From Candidatus Vogelbacteria bacterium RIFOXYD1_FULL_46_19 (GTDB lineage Bacteria > Patescibacteriota > Minisyncoccia > Phycocordibacterales > XYD1-FULL-46-19): 64,000 nt of DNA. Location of the stretch: assembly GCA_001824825.1 (NCBI GenBank), contig MHTK01000005.1:16173-80172 (forward strand), given 5' to 3'. A program made the position numbers and the translations under genes. This document shows positions 33,316-41,785 of the stretch, piece after piece. Position 1 is the stretch's first letter. Each line of letters opens with the position of its first letter. The notes below the pieces were generated by a model. The model had not been told where the DNA came from. It did not search any database and was given only the letters and a program-made list of their open reading frames with translations.

Positions 33316-36150
33316 ATGATAATTAATAGCAGAACTGGCCGCATAACCCCTTTTCTCTTGATCGGAGGAACATTTTTAATAGTCTTAGTTGTCGTTGTTG
33401 GTTTGACCCCGACCAGAACTTCCGCCGAAGCTTGCGTGCGGCAAAATCCAACGATTGAGGTGACCCCCTCGGTGCAGTACGGCGAGCCGGGTCGGATTTT
33501 AAATTATTCTTATCGCTTAACCAATAATAATAGCGCTGGTTGTGGTGTTGAAACCTTTGAAATTAAGCCTTACTTTTTGCCGGGCAGTATTGTGGAATCA
33601 GGTTATGGTGAAGCGAAATTGGATCGGGTGGCGCCGGGGGCGACTGATGATGGGCGTTACCAGATTAAGTCGGCCGCCAATGCTCCTCTGGGCACCAAAG
33701 TTAGATTTAATATTGGGGCTTACCTGGTGGCTGATGGGGTGACCTATAAAACTACTAAAGATTTGTTTTACCAAATCGGTACTCCCACCACACCGCTACC
33801 TGGTGAAAACCCTGACCCGGAGCCAGGCCCCGATCCGGAAGTACCTCCTCCAGTACCACCGACCGCGACGGGGACTGTGGTTTCGTTGTTAAACCAGTCC
33901 CTTTTAAACGATGCTTCTAGATTGGGTATAAATATTGGTTATACAGCTGGTTTTGATACGGCGGTTCACTTTCGGAAAAATATTGTTCATAATCCCGGCT
34001 TTGAAGAAGCCACTTTGCGGAGTAACTACACTTTGAAAAATGGCGGGGCCGAGGGTGGTCTGGCGGCCAATCAAGTGCAGGAATTTTGCTGGCAAACGGA
34101 ATGGGGTACTGGTTCGGACGGTAAACACTTCAAGGGGCAAGGCTTGGGCGCTTGGGCCGGCGGCGATTATGAGTTTATTGCAGGGCCGGCATGGTTAAAG
34201 GATGTAAAAGGAAAAGTCACTGCTTTTACTTTTAAAGCCGATAAAAACGGGGCGTCGCGTTATACTTTTACGTTGGATAAAAATTTACCTAAACGACCTG
34301 ATTACTTGAATACGATTTTACAGGTACGTAAAACTTTTGATAACTTTGACCGCAGCCAAAAAAGGCCAGGCAGCCCCGGGGATCGTTCACTTAAGCTGGA
34401 CTCCAACCGGGGGGACGGCGGGGATTATCCTTTTTTGCAGTACTTTGACGACGGGGCTAGAACTAAAGTGGAAGACGGTTACGCCGGTAAAATGTTGGTA
34501 GTGGAGGGACCTTGGCGCTTGTCGGTGTGGGCCAAAGCCGAACAGCCGGGCGATAAGCTGTTTGTTAGCTTTTCCCGCCAAGGTTTGCCAGCCTTCTTGG
34601 ATAAAGAAATTACGCTAACCGATACTAATTGGCGCGAGTATACTTTTAATTTTATGGTGCCGGCTGGCCTCGATGCTCGCAACGTATCGGCCAATATCTT
34701 GGTTCAACCGGTGAGTCTAAAAATTGCCACTCGCACCCATACTTACTCTAAAAACCGCGGTTCGGTTTGGATCGACGACCTTTACTTAGGTGAAGCGGAC
34801 AACACTAATCCCACTGTCTTTAGCGATCAAGCTGTCAAAATGTTGAAAGAATTAAACCCTGGCGTTTTGCGCTACTGGGGTGGTAACTTGGGTGAACCAA
34901 TTGAAAACGTGCTGGGCTCGGAGTGGGAACGGGGGACCTCTAACTTTTCCACCGAAGCCCGCGAAAATAACACTTTATATTTTTCCTCCCTACCCGAAAT
35001 CCTAGATTTAGCCAAAGCCGTAGATGCCGACCCGTGGTACGTGGTACCACCAACTTTAACGACTCAGGAATTAGAAGATTTAACAGATTACGTTAATTTC
35101 CGAGTGGGTGAGTTTGATCGGATTTATTTGGAGTACGGTAATGAGATGTGGGGGACAGGGTGTGACGACCCATTTAAGGGGGCGACTGTTAGTTTTAATC
35201 TACCGACTTTGGCGGATGAAGCCTTTCGAGTAATGAAAGGAGCCGGCCTTTCGAGCAAGGTTAAACTGGTGATCGGGGGGCAAGCCGCTTACGTGGACCG
35301 ACAAAATCAAATTGAACAGGGTAGTGATACTCATAATCTGACGGCTATTGCTCCTTACTACCAAATGAATGGGCGGGCCAACTCAACTGTTGCTTCTTTG
35401 CTCGGCCACTTATACGCCGACCCGCTAGTGCGAAATATTCCGGGTAGTAAAATAAACCAGTCGGCGTCCATTGTAAGAGTGGCTGGTCGGGAACCAGCTA
35501 TTTATGAAATTAACTTTCATGACACTGGCAACCAACCGGCGATTGCCCTAAAAAATAAAATTATCACCGGTCAGGCGGGAGGTATTACTTTACCCCTTCA
35601 GATGTTGCACGCCATGAAGGGGAGTGGTATTCGTGCTCAAACCGCGTTTACTTTTTCCCAGTTTGCTTTCCGTGACACCGGGGGTAATATGACCCGTTTG
35701 TGGGGGGTGGTACGCGATTTAGACAATGGGCGGGCTTTTCGTGGGACAGGTTTAGCTCTGGTGGTAGCCAACAAAGCTATTTTTGGGGATTTGATTAAGG
35801 CAGAAGTTAGTGGCGGCCGAACTTGGGTTCAGAGTTTACCTGACGAGGTTGAAAAAGATCGATCCGCCAACCACACTGTTCCTTATTTGCAGACTTTTGC
35901 TTTTAAAGATGGTAATCGCTATGGGCTCATCGTCTTTAACCTCCATCAAACCGAAACTCTTAAAACTAAACTCGATCTACTGGGTACCGGTGGCTCGGGC
36001 CGTAAGTATTGGCTCTACCACCCTGACCCCCTAGCTAATAACGAAAGGAATATTCAGTTAAGAGTGGAAGAAGCCCCAGTTACTATTAATGAAAGTACTG
36101 AGTATGAATTTCCGCCCCACTCGATTACGAGTTTGGTTTGGAACGAGTAG
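33316..36150 (+). CDS. Paralog of 29714..32986: secreted Ig-like-repeat + GH51-like glycoside hydrolase (944 aa)
   Basis: The C-terminal ~600 aa are about 75% identical to the upstream gene (VWIDDLYLGEADNTNPTVFSDQAVKMLKELNPGVLRYWGGNLGEP…YLEYGNEMWGTGCDDPF…AIYEINFHDTGN…). The N-terminus has one CGVETFEIKPYF repeat and a Pro-rich linker. Confidence 0.65.
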   Translation: MIINSRTGRITPFLLIGGTFLIVLVVVVGLTPTRTSAEACVRQNPTIEVTPSVQYGEPGRILNYSYRLTNNNSAGCGVETFEIKPYFLPGSIVESGYGEAKLDRVAPGATDDGRYQIKSAANAPLGTKVRFNIGAYLVADGVTYKTTKDLFYQIGTPTTPLPGENPDPEPGPDPEVPPPVPPTATGTVVSLLNQSLLNDASRLGINIGYTAGFDTAVHFRKNIVHNPGFEEATLRSNYTLKNGGAEGGLAANQVQEFCWQTEWGTGSDGKHFKGQGLGAWAGGDYEFIAGPAWLKDVKGKVTAFTFKADKNGASRYTFTLDKNLPKRPDYLNTILQVRKTFDNFDRSQKRPGSPGDRSLKLDSNRGDGGDYPFLQYFDDGARTKVEDGYAGKMLVVEGPWRLSVWAKAEQPGDKLFVSFSRQGLPAFLDKEITLTDTNWREYTFNFMVPAGLDARNVSANILVQPVSLKIATRTHTYSKNRGSVWIDDLYLGEADNTNPTVFSDQAVKMLKELNPGVLRYWGGNLGEPIENVLGSEWERGTSNFSTEARENNTLYFSSLPEILDLAKAVDADPWYVVPPTLTTQELEDLTDYVNFRVGEFDRIYLEYGNEMWGTGCDDPFKGATVSFNLPTLADEAFRVMKGAGLSSKVKLVIGGQAAYVDRQNQIEQGSDTHNLTAIAPYYQMNGRANSTVASLLGHLYADPLVRNIPGSKINQSASIVRVAGREPAIYEINFHDTGNQPAIALKNKIITGQAGGITLPLQMLHAMKGSGIRAQTAFTFSQFAFRDTGGNMTRLWGVVRDLDNGRAFRGTGLALVVANKAIFGDLIKAEVSGGRTWVQSLPDEVEKDRSANHTVPYLQTFAFKDGNRYGLIVFNLHQTETLKTKLDLLGTGGSGRKYWLYHPDPLANNERNIQLRVEEAPVTINESTEYEFPPHSITSLVWNE

Positions 36151-36177
36151 TTGAGAGAGGTAAAATATGGGAGTAAC

Positions 36178-36217
36178 AAAATTCCCCCGACAGGCTTTAA
36201 GCCTGTCGGGGGAATTC
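36178..36217. terminator. Strong bidirectional terminator (aaaattcccccgacaggc tttaa gcctgtcgggggaatt)
   Basis: A perfect 17-bp stem with A/T runs on both sides. Confidence 0.7.
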
Positions 36218-36226
36218 TAGTTGGTT

Positions 36227-36373
36227 TTAGGGTTTCCGATTATTGCGGATAGCTGGCCGGAAGTTCATATTTTTGGTGGGGCGGAGCGACTTGGCCGCTT
36301 TAAAGCCGGATGGGGTACGGAAAGCTGGGTTGCCATCTTGTTTGCCACTTTTGATACGATTACTGTTTTTCAT
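36227..36373 (-). CDS. Candidate small basic protein (48 aa; MKNSNRIKSGKQDGNPAFRTPSGFKAAKSLRPTKNMNFRPAIRNNRKP)
   Basis: The ORF ends at the bidirectional terminator. No SD is present, and it is below the ORF-track cutoff, so this is speculative. Confidence 0.2.
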   Translation of the reverse strand: MKNSNRIKSGKQDGNPAFRTPSGFKAAKSLRPTKNMNFRPAIRNNRKP

Positions 36374-36488
36374 ATTTAGTAATTATAGCGCAAGTTATAT
36401 AATTTTGGCTAGAAGTTGACTTCAATTGGCTTTTAGCCTAGTTTAGGCAATAGATTATTTTAAATTTCAACCGAAAGGGGTAAGCTTT

Positions 36489-36662
36489 ATGCCGGTAATT
36501 TCTGTGAAAGACGCCAGGTTGAACCTGGAAGTATTGTATGGTGAGCTCGAGGATGAAGGATCGCCAATTCCCCGTGAGGCTTTGGTGCGCCAAATTGAGG
36601 CGGCTAGAGATCGGGTGAAGCTAGTAGAGCAGTTAGCGACTCCGCAGGAGCTCTGTCAATGA
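36489..36662 (+). CDS. Candidate small protein, 57 aa (MPVISVKDARLNLEVLYGELEDEGSPIPREALVRQIEAARDRVKLVEQLATPQELCQ)
   Basis: AAAGGGG sits 8 nt upstream of the ATG. The protein is acidic and helical. Its size and composition are reminiscent of antitoxin or small regulatory proteins. It is below the ORF-track cutoff. Confidence 0.3.
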   Translation: MPVISVKDARLNLEVLYGELEDEGSPIPREALVRQIEAARDRVKLVEQLATPQELCQ

Positions 36663-36804
36663 AAGTGGATTCGGAATGAAATTTTTCGTTCCCAAGCCGC
36701 CTGAGCAATCAGGCGGTTTTTTGGTTGGTGGGATTCTTTCATTACATGAACAGTATACCTTTGCGATTTTATCCCAGCCAAGCTGCTCGAAAATAACGCA
36801 AAGC

Positions 36805-36877
36805 TTTTCGAATCCCACCCGCGAGGCAAGCAGTTGCCTCGCTACCCTCCGCAGCTTTTTCACTGCGTTCAAAACTG
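36805..36877. other. Mirror copy of tRNA-Ser 3' end with 24-nt hairpin insertion, plus long palindrome overlapping tRNA acceptor end
   Basis: On the + strand, ttcgaatcccaccc + [gcgaggcaagcagttgcctcgcta] + ccctccg. This is an inverted duplicate of the tRNA-Ser 3' end (GGGTTCGAATCCCACACCCTCCG, minus strand) with a perfect hairpin inserted at the T-stem/acceptor junction. The palindrome ccctccgcag-c-tttt…aaaa-ctgcggaggg pairs the acceptor 3' strand with a downstream mimic. Confidence 0.55.
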
Positions 36878-36966
36878 CGGAGGGTGTGGGATTCGAACCC
36901 ACGAGGGGTTTTAAAGCCCCTACCTCGTTAGCAGTGAGGCGCTTTCGGCCACTCAGCCAACCCTCC
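36878..36966 (-). tRNA. tRNA-Ser (anticodon GCU), long variable arm; CCA not encoded
   Basis: Revcomp: GGAGGGT-UG-GCUG-AGUGGCCGAAAGC-GCCUCA-CUGCUAA-CGAGG + variable arm UAGGGGCUUUAAAACCCCUCG + T-arm GUGGG-UUCGAAU-CCCAC + ACCCUCC + G. Confidence 0.85.
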
Positions 36967-36990
36967 AATTACTGCTTGATACTAGCAATT

Positions 36991-38223
36991 TTAAACCCTT
37001 TTTTCAATCAGTTTATATTTCCGATTGATTTGTTTTAAAAAGATTAAACTGATAACCAACAGAATGGTTAAAAAGAATAACCCGGTCTGATAACCACGGA
37101 CACCCTCACCAGCCGTAATTAGAGCTAGGCTCCAAATACCTGGACCAATAAAAGTGGCGAATCGTTCAGCGATAACATAATAACTATAAGATGAGGCAAC
37201 AAGGTTGGTTGGAGCTAGTTGCCCGACTAAAGACCGACTGATACCCCAAACTGGGCCAAAAAGGAGTCCAGCTACCAAGAAAACCGGAATAAGAAAATAA
37301 AAATTAGTAATGAGGGCCATGGCCGGGAAAATTACACACCAGGCAATAATGATCCAAGTTAAAATCTTTACTTCCCCTTTTTTATCAGCCAGGCGACCAA
37401 AGATAACAGCGCCAATGGCGGCTAACACTAGAATCATGGCGGTTAGAAGGGATTTAATCGTATCTGATACACCATGAATGGTCTCTAAATACAAAGGGAA
37501 GTTATTGGCAAAAGTTATTAAGGTATCACTAAAAAGGAAGTAGGCAATTAGCATGAAGGCGAGAGGACGGTAAGACCAGATGATCTTAAGTAGATTCAAA
37601 GAGTTTGGCGGCAGATTATTTTTGGGTGGAGTTAAAAAAGTATTTTCTCGATAAAAAATTAAAATTGGTAAAGAAAATAAAGAAAATAAAATAATAGCTG
37701 GTAAAAGAGCTTGGGCCCGACCCGGTTCGCCTAAAAGAGTGAGGCCATTAACAAATGGTAGAGTTACTAAGACACCGGTTACTTGCCCGATCGAGTTAGC
37801 GCCCTGCCCCAAACCGGAGATCCACGACCGGTTACTCGAGCGTGACAGGTCGTTTAACATTGGGGTGAAATATAGAAAGCACATTAAATAGGCATACATC
37901 GCCAAAGTGTAAAAGGTGGTAGTCAAAAGTTCGAAACCACTTACCAGAACTGTCATCAAGGCGGTAGCAGTGAAACCAATAAAAGACATGATCGTCCACC
38001 ACCGCAATCCTTTAATTTTTTTACCCGTTTGGTCGATGAGATGACTGGCTTTGGGGGCAGTAATTAGAAATAACACCGAAGAGATAATGAGGGAAAAGTT
38101 GTACCACCAGGCGGGCTGGCCGCGGTCGATAACTAGCCACTGGGAAAAATAAAACAAAAAAGCCATTAGAACAATCGAGTTGGCAAAATCGTATAGAGAC
38201 CAATAAATTATTTTTTTAACCAT
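36991..38223 (-). CDS. MFS-type transporter
   Basis: A 410-aa protein with about 12 TM segments in two 6-TM halves. The sequence is MFS-like throughout. Confidence 0.65.
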   Translation of the reverse strand: MVKKIIYWSLYDFANSIVLMAFLFYFSQWLVIDRGQPAWWYNFSLIISSVLFLITAPKASHLIDQTGKKIKGLRWWTIMSFIGFTATALMTVLVSGFELLTTTFYTLAMYAYLMCFLYFTPMLNDLSRSSNRSWISGLGQGANSIGQVTGVLVTLPFVNGLTLLGEPGRAQALLPAIILFSLFSLPILIFYRENTFLTPPKNNLPPNSLNLLKIIWSYRPLAFMLIAYFLFSDTLITFANNFPLYLETIHGVSDTIKSLLTAMILVLAAIGAVIFGRLADKKGEVKILTWIIIAWCVIFPAMALITNFYFLIPVFLVAGLLFGPVWGISRSLVGQLAPTNLVASSYSYYVIAERFATFIGPGIWSLALITAGEGVRGYQTGLFFLTILLVISLIFLKQINRKYKLIEKRV

Positions 38224-38245
38224 TACTTAAGTATAGCAAAAACTT

Positions 38246-38911
38246 TTACCCATGCGCGGCGGCGGTAGCTAGGAGGTGGCGGGGCTTAGCGCGCTGCAAC
38301 GTTTGGCGGGCTTCTCTTAAGGTGGCACCGGTGGTGGTCACATCATCAAGGAGACAAACTACGCGACCTTTTAGTAATGGAGTTTGTTTAGTCAGAGCAA
38401 AGGCGCCGGTTAAATTTTTTAATCGCTTAGCCTTTGTTTTAATACATACTTGAGTTGGCGTATTTTTTATTTTTATTAAAATGTTAGTGGCCACTTCAAA
38501 GCGATTTGGATCTAAAGCAACGAGCGCCTCAGCTAGCATTATCGCTTGGTTCCAACCCCGCTGTTTTAAGTGTTGGCGCGTCATTGGGACAGGGATTAGG
38601 ATGATAGGTTTAAGGGTGGCCGCGGCCGGTCCTCGACTAATTTCGGCTAAAATTGTCTGATGCAAATAAGGAGCCAGCAGGGTGGCCGCTTCGGGCGAGC
38701 CGCGATACTTTAAGTGCCAAATAAGCTGGCGCACTCTCGGGTCGTGGTAGGAGAGAGCGGCTAAGGTCCCGTCTTCTAGTGGCTCGGCTGGCTCTAAAAT
38801 TTGGGTGCAAGTTGCACAGAGTAAAGTGCCGACCTCACCGCAACCAACACACACTGACGGAAATAAAAAGCGCGCAACAATGTGGATAAGTTTTAGAGCT
38901 AGTGAAAACAT
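38246..38911 (-). CDS. comF: ComF family protein (ComFC-like phosphoribosyltransferase with N-terminal double zinc ribbon)
   Basis: CVGCGEVGTLLCATC is the N-terminal zinc ribbon. The C-terminal PRTase motif is VVCLLDDVTTTGATL. It lies adjacent to the type IV pilus locus. Confidence 0.75.
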   Translation of the reverse strand: MFSLALKLIHIVARFLFPSVCVGCGEVGTLLCATCTQILEPAEPLEDGTLAALSYHDPRVRQLIWHLKYRGSPEAATLLAPYLHQTILAEISRGPAAATLKPIILIPVPMTRQHLKQRGWNQAIMLAEALVALDPNRFEVATNILIKIKNTPTQVCIKTKAKRLKNLTGAFALTKQTPLLKGRVVCLLDDVTTTGATLREARQTLQRAKPRHLLATAAAHG

Positions 38912-38985
38912 AGCAACCTCTTAGTGTGATATACTTTACATTATATAAATGAAACTTGAACCTGGAAAACTAATTAGGATTATTT

Positions 38986-40092
38986 ATGGCTTTTAGCTTG
39001 TTTAAAAAGCAAAACAGTGTTATCGGCCTAGACATCGGCTCCTCGTCGGTGAAGGTCATTCAGTTGCGCAAAGATAAAGGCCGGGTCATTTTGGAAACTT
39101 ATGGTGAACTTTCCACCGGACCTTACGCCGGTAAAGCGGTGGGTCAGGCTGTAACGTTGGCACCGGAACAATTGGCTGTCCTCATTACCGACTTATTTAA
39201 AGAAGCTAATATTACCACCAAAGTGGGCGGGGTAGCCATTCCACTTCGTTCGAGCTTACTGGTTACCATCAACGTGCCGGAGTTGGAGGAAGATAAGCTA
39301 GCCCAAATGGTACCCTTGGAGGCCCGCAAATACGTACCAGTGCCGATTTCTGAAGTGATGTTGGACTGGTCGGTCATTCCTGATATGCACCGGGAGCTAA
39401 TTGATGATAATCAAACAGCGCCGGAAGCTGGCAACAAAGTGACCCCGAAGCAAATCGAAGTGTTGATTGTGGCTATTCACAAAGACACTATTAAACAGTT
39501 CCAGGAAATTAGTCGGCAGACCGACATCGACACTAAATTTTTAGAAATCGAAACTTTCAGTGCTATGCGGTCCTCACTCTCCGGTGATTTTGGGGCGTCG
39601 GTCATTGTTGATCTGGGAGCCTCGACCACTAAAACGGTGATTGTTGACTATGGGGTAGTGCGGATGTCGCACACCATCAATAAAGGTGCTCAAGATGTGA
39701 CTTTGGCCATTGCTCGTTCGATGGACTTGTCTTTTATTAAGGCCGAAGAGGTAAAACGCAAAGTTGGCATTATTGAAAAATTTGGTGATAAGGATATTGG
39801 CGAGACAATCAGTCCGATTGTGGAATACATCTTTAACGAAATTAGCCAAGTAATGATAGAATATCAGAAGAAGCACAGTCGCAGTATTGAAAAAGTTATT
39901 ATGATCGGTGGCGGAGCGATGCTTAAAGGTTTGTTTGATTTAGCGAAAGAGAATATTTATGCGCCGGTGTATCTGGGGACGCCGTTTGACCGTGTTGAAG
40001 CCCCAGCTTTTTTAGAAAATATTTTAAAGGAGGTGGGCCCGGGCTTTGCGGTTTCGATCGGCTTGGCCTTGCGGGGTTTAGAAGAAATGTAG
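38986..40092 (+). CDS. pilM: Type IV pilus assembly protein PilM (actin-like ATPase)
   Basis: MAFSLFKKQNSVIGLDIGSSSVKVIQL… is the PilM N-terminus. The actin/FtsA fold is evident throughout. It is the first gene of the pil operon. Confidence 0.85.
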   Translation: MAFSLFKKQNSVIGLDIGSSSVKVIQLRKDKGRVILETYGELSTGPYAGKAVGQAVTLAPEQLAVLITDLFKEANITTKVGGVAIPLRSSLLVTINVPELEEDKLAQMVPLEARKYVPVPISEVMLDWSVIPDMHRELIDDNQTAPEAGNKVTPKQIEVLIVAIHKDTIKQFQEISRQTDIDTKFLEIETFSAMRSSLSGDFGASVIVDLGASTTKTVIVDYGVVRMSHTINKGAQDVTLAIARSMDLSFIKAEEVKRKVGIIEKFGDKDIGETISPIVEYIFNEISQVMIEYQKKHSRSIEKVIMIGGGAMLKGLFDLAKENIYAPVYLGTPFDRVEAPAFLENILKEVGPGFAVSIGLALRGLEEM

Positions 40093-40119
40093 ACGTTCGC
40101 TTTTAATACTTAAATTGTT

Positions 40120-40719
40120 ATGGCAATTCAAAATCAATCATCGTTCATTCCCAAAGATGGCTCCTTCAAAAAGCCTCGCCGCGAAAGTATGATGGGAATT
40201 TTAATGTTGGTGTCACTTGTCGTTTTAGGCTTATCCTTACTGTTGTTTGCCGGCTCTTACGGCTACTGGTATCTCTTAGACCGTCAAGTAAATGCGCCTT
40301 GCGATGGCGAGGGTGGTGCCTGCGGTCTTAAAGCGACGGTGGATAATATCAAGCACGAGCTCGACTTAAAGCAAATTGTGCGCTACAACCGCTTGGATAA
40401 AAAAATGAAAGTGGCTCAAGGGCTGATCGACGGTCACACCACTTTGGTACCTTTGTTTGATGTTTTAGAACGCTTAACAATTCATAATGTGCGTTATAAC
40501 AAGTTTTCGGTGGAAGATGGGACGACGGTAACGATCGAAGGCACGGCTCGCGAGTATGAGGATTTGGCCGCCCAGCTGCGGGTTTATAAAGATAGTAATT
40601 CTATTAAAGAAGCGGTGTTTTCTGGGCTAGGCCTAGATGACGACAGCTTGATTACTTTTAAGCTCCAACTGGTGCCTGTGTCGTCTTTGTTAACCTTTTC
40701 TACTAATTTAAATAATTAA
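40120..40719 (+). CDS. pilN: PilN-like pilus assembly protein
   Basis: A single N-terminal TM, a 199-aa length, and a position after pilM. Confidence 0.6.
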   Translation: MAIQNQSSFIPKDGSFKKPRRESMMGILMLVSLVVLGLSLLLFAGSYGYWYLLDRQVNAPCDGEGGACGLKATVDNIKHELDLKQIVRYNRLDKKMKVAQGLIDGHTTLVPLFDVLERLTIHNVRYNKFSVEDGTTVTIEGTAREYEDLAAQLRVYKDSNSIKEAVFSGLGLDDDSLITFKLQLVPVSSLLTFSTNLNN

Positions 40720-40722
40720 ATT

Positions 40723-41319
40723 ATGCTGGTCCAGATTTTACTACCAATTCTGTTCTTGCTGACGGCGGTCGGGGTGTATTTTGGTCTCACTGATCCGGTG
40801 ATTTACGGCGGGGGTTTGTTCAGTAGTGGCGACAGTGGGATTGTGGATTTAAGAGAGGAGAAAAAAACTTTGACGCAGGCGATGGAGGATGCCAAGGCTC
40901 TACAAGAGCGGGCGGCCGAGCTCGAGCGCCAGGCGGCTAGTATCTCGCCTGATAATATTACTCGCCTGGACAATTTCCTGCCTGACTCGGTGGATGACAT
41001 TCAGCTAGTGGTGGATTTAAACACGATTGCTAGTCGGTCCGGTATGGGCTTGGGCGAGGTTAAGCTTGGTGCCGACCAAACTAGACGCCGGTCAGTCGAG
41101 CGGGAAACTGGCCAAGCGGTGCCGGCGGTAGAAACCGTGGCCGTCTCCTTTACGGTAGACGGTAGTTATGGCCAGTTGAAAGCTATGATCTCGGATTTGG
41201 CTAAAAGTTTACGAATCTTGGAAGTCAAACAGTTGAAGTTTGCTTCGGTGGCGGAAGATGGTTCGGAGACTGGTCGTTACAAGTATGAAATTACGGTGGA
41301 AACTTACTGGCTAAAGTAA
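40723..41319 (+). CDS. pilO: PilO-like pilus assembly protein
   Basis: An N-terminal TM, a coiled-coil region (…KKTLTQAMEDAKALQERAAELERQAAS…), and a position after pilN. Confidence 0.6.
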   Translation: MLVQILLPILFLLTAVGVYFGLTDPVIYGGGLFSSGDSGIVDLREEKKTLTQAMEDAKALQERAAELERQAASISPDNITRLDNFLPDSVDDIQLVVDLNTIASRSGMGLGEVKLGADQTRRRSVERETGQAVPAVETVAVSFTVDGSYGQLKAMISDLAKSLRILEVKQLKFASVAEDGSETGRYKYEITVETYWLK

Positions 41320-41324
41320 TTACT

Positions 41325-41753
41325 ATGAATCAAAAGAAAGTACTCATAAATACTGTGGTTGCCATCCTCTTGGTCGGAGCGGTGGTCGCTGGCTATATTT
41401 ATCTTTCGGGAGGCGATGAAGAGGCTGAACGCATTGGCCTTGACTCGGTCGTCGGGGAAGAGGCGTCAGTTGTTCCTGGTGGCACCTCCGAATTTTTACT
41501 CCTATTGGAGTCGCTGAAAGGAGTGGATCTATCCGGACAAATTTTTACCAACGCTCTTTTTTCGCGTGAACTGGTGAACTTTACCACTATTGTGCCTTTT
41601 CGTCCGCAGGGTCGGGCTAACCCTTTTGCGCCTTTAGGGACGGCTAATCTATCGAGCCAGGCACCTGACATCGAGCAGGGTACCACCACGGTAAGTTCTT
41701 TTTTGAATGAAGAAACGCCAGTAGTGGACTTTTCGACTGATGTGCAGTTTTAG
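41325..41753 (+). CDS. Pilus-assembly accessory protein (PilP-like), hypothetical
   Basis: An N-terminal TM, a 142-aa length, and a position in the pilMNO(P) cluster. Confidence 0.45.
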   Translation: MNQKKVLINTVVAILLVGAVVAGYIYLSGGDEEAERIGLDSVVGEEASVVPGGTSEFLLLLESLKGVDLSGQIFTNALFSRELVNFTTIVPFRPQGRANPFAPLGTANLSSQAPDIEQGTTTVSSFLNEETPVVDFSTDVQF

Positions 41754-41785
41754 TTCTAGGGACGGAATTACCTTTTAAATATTAT

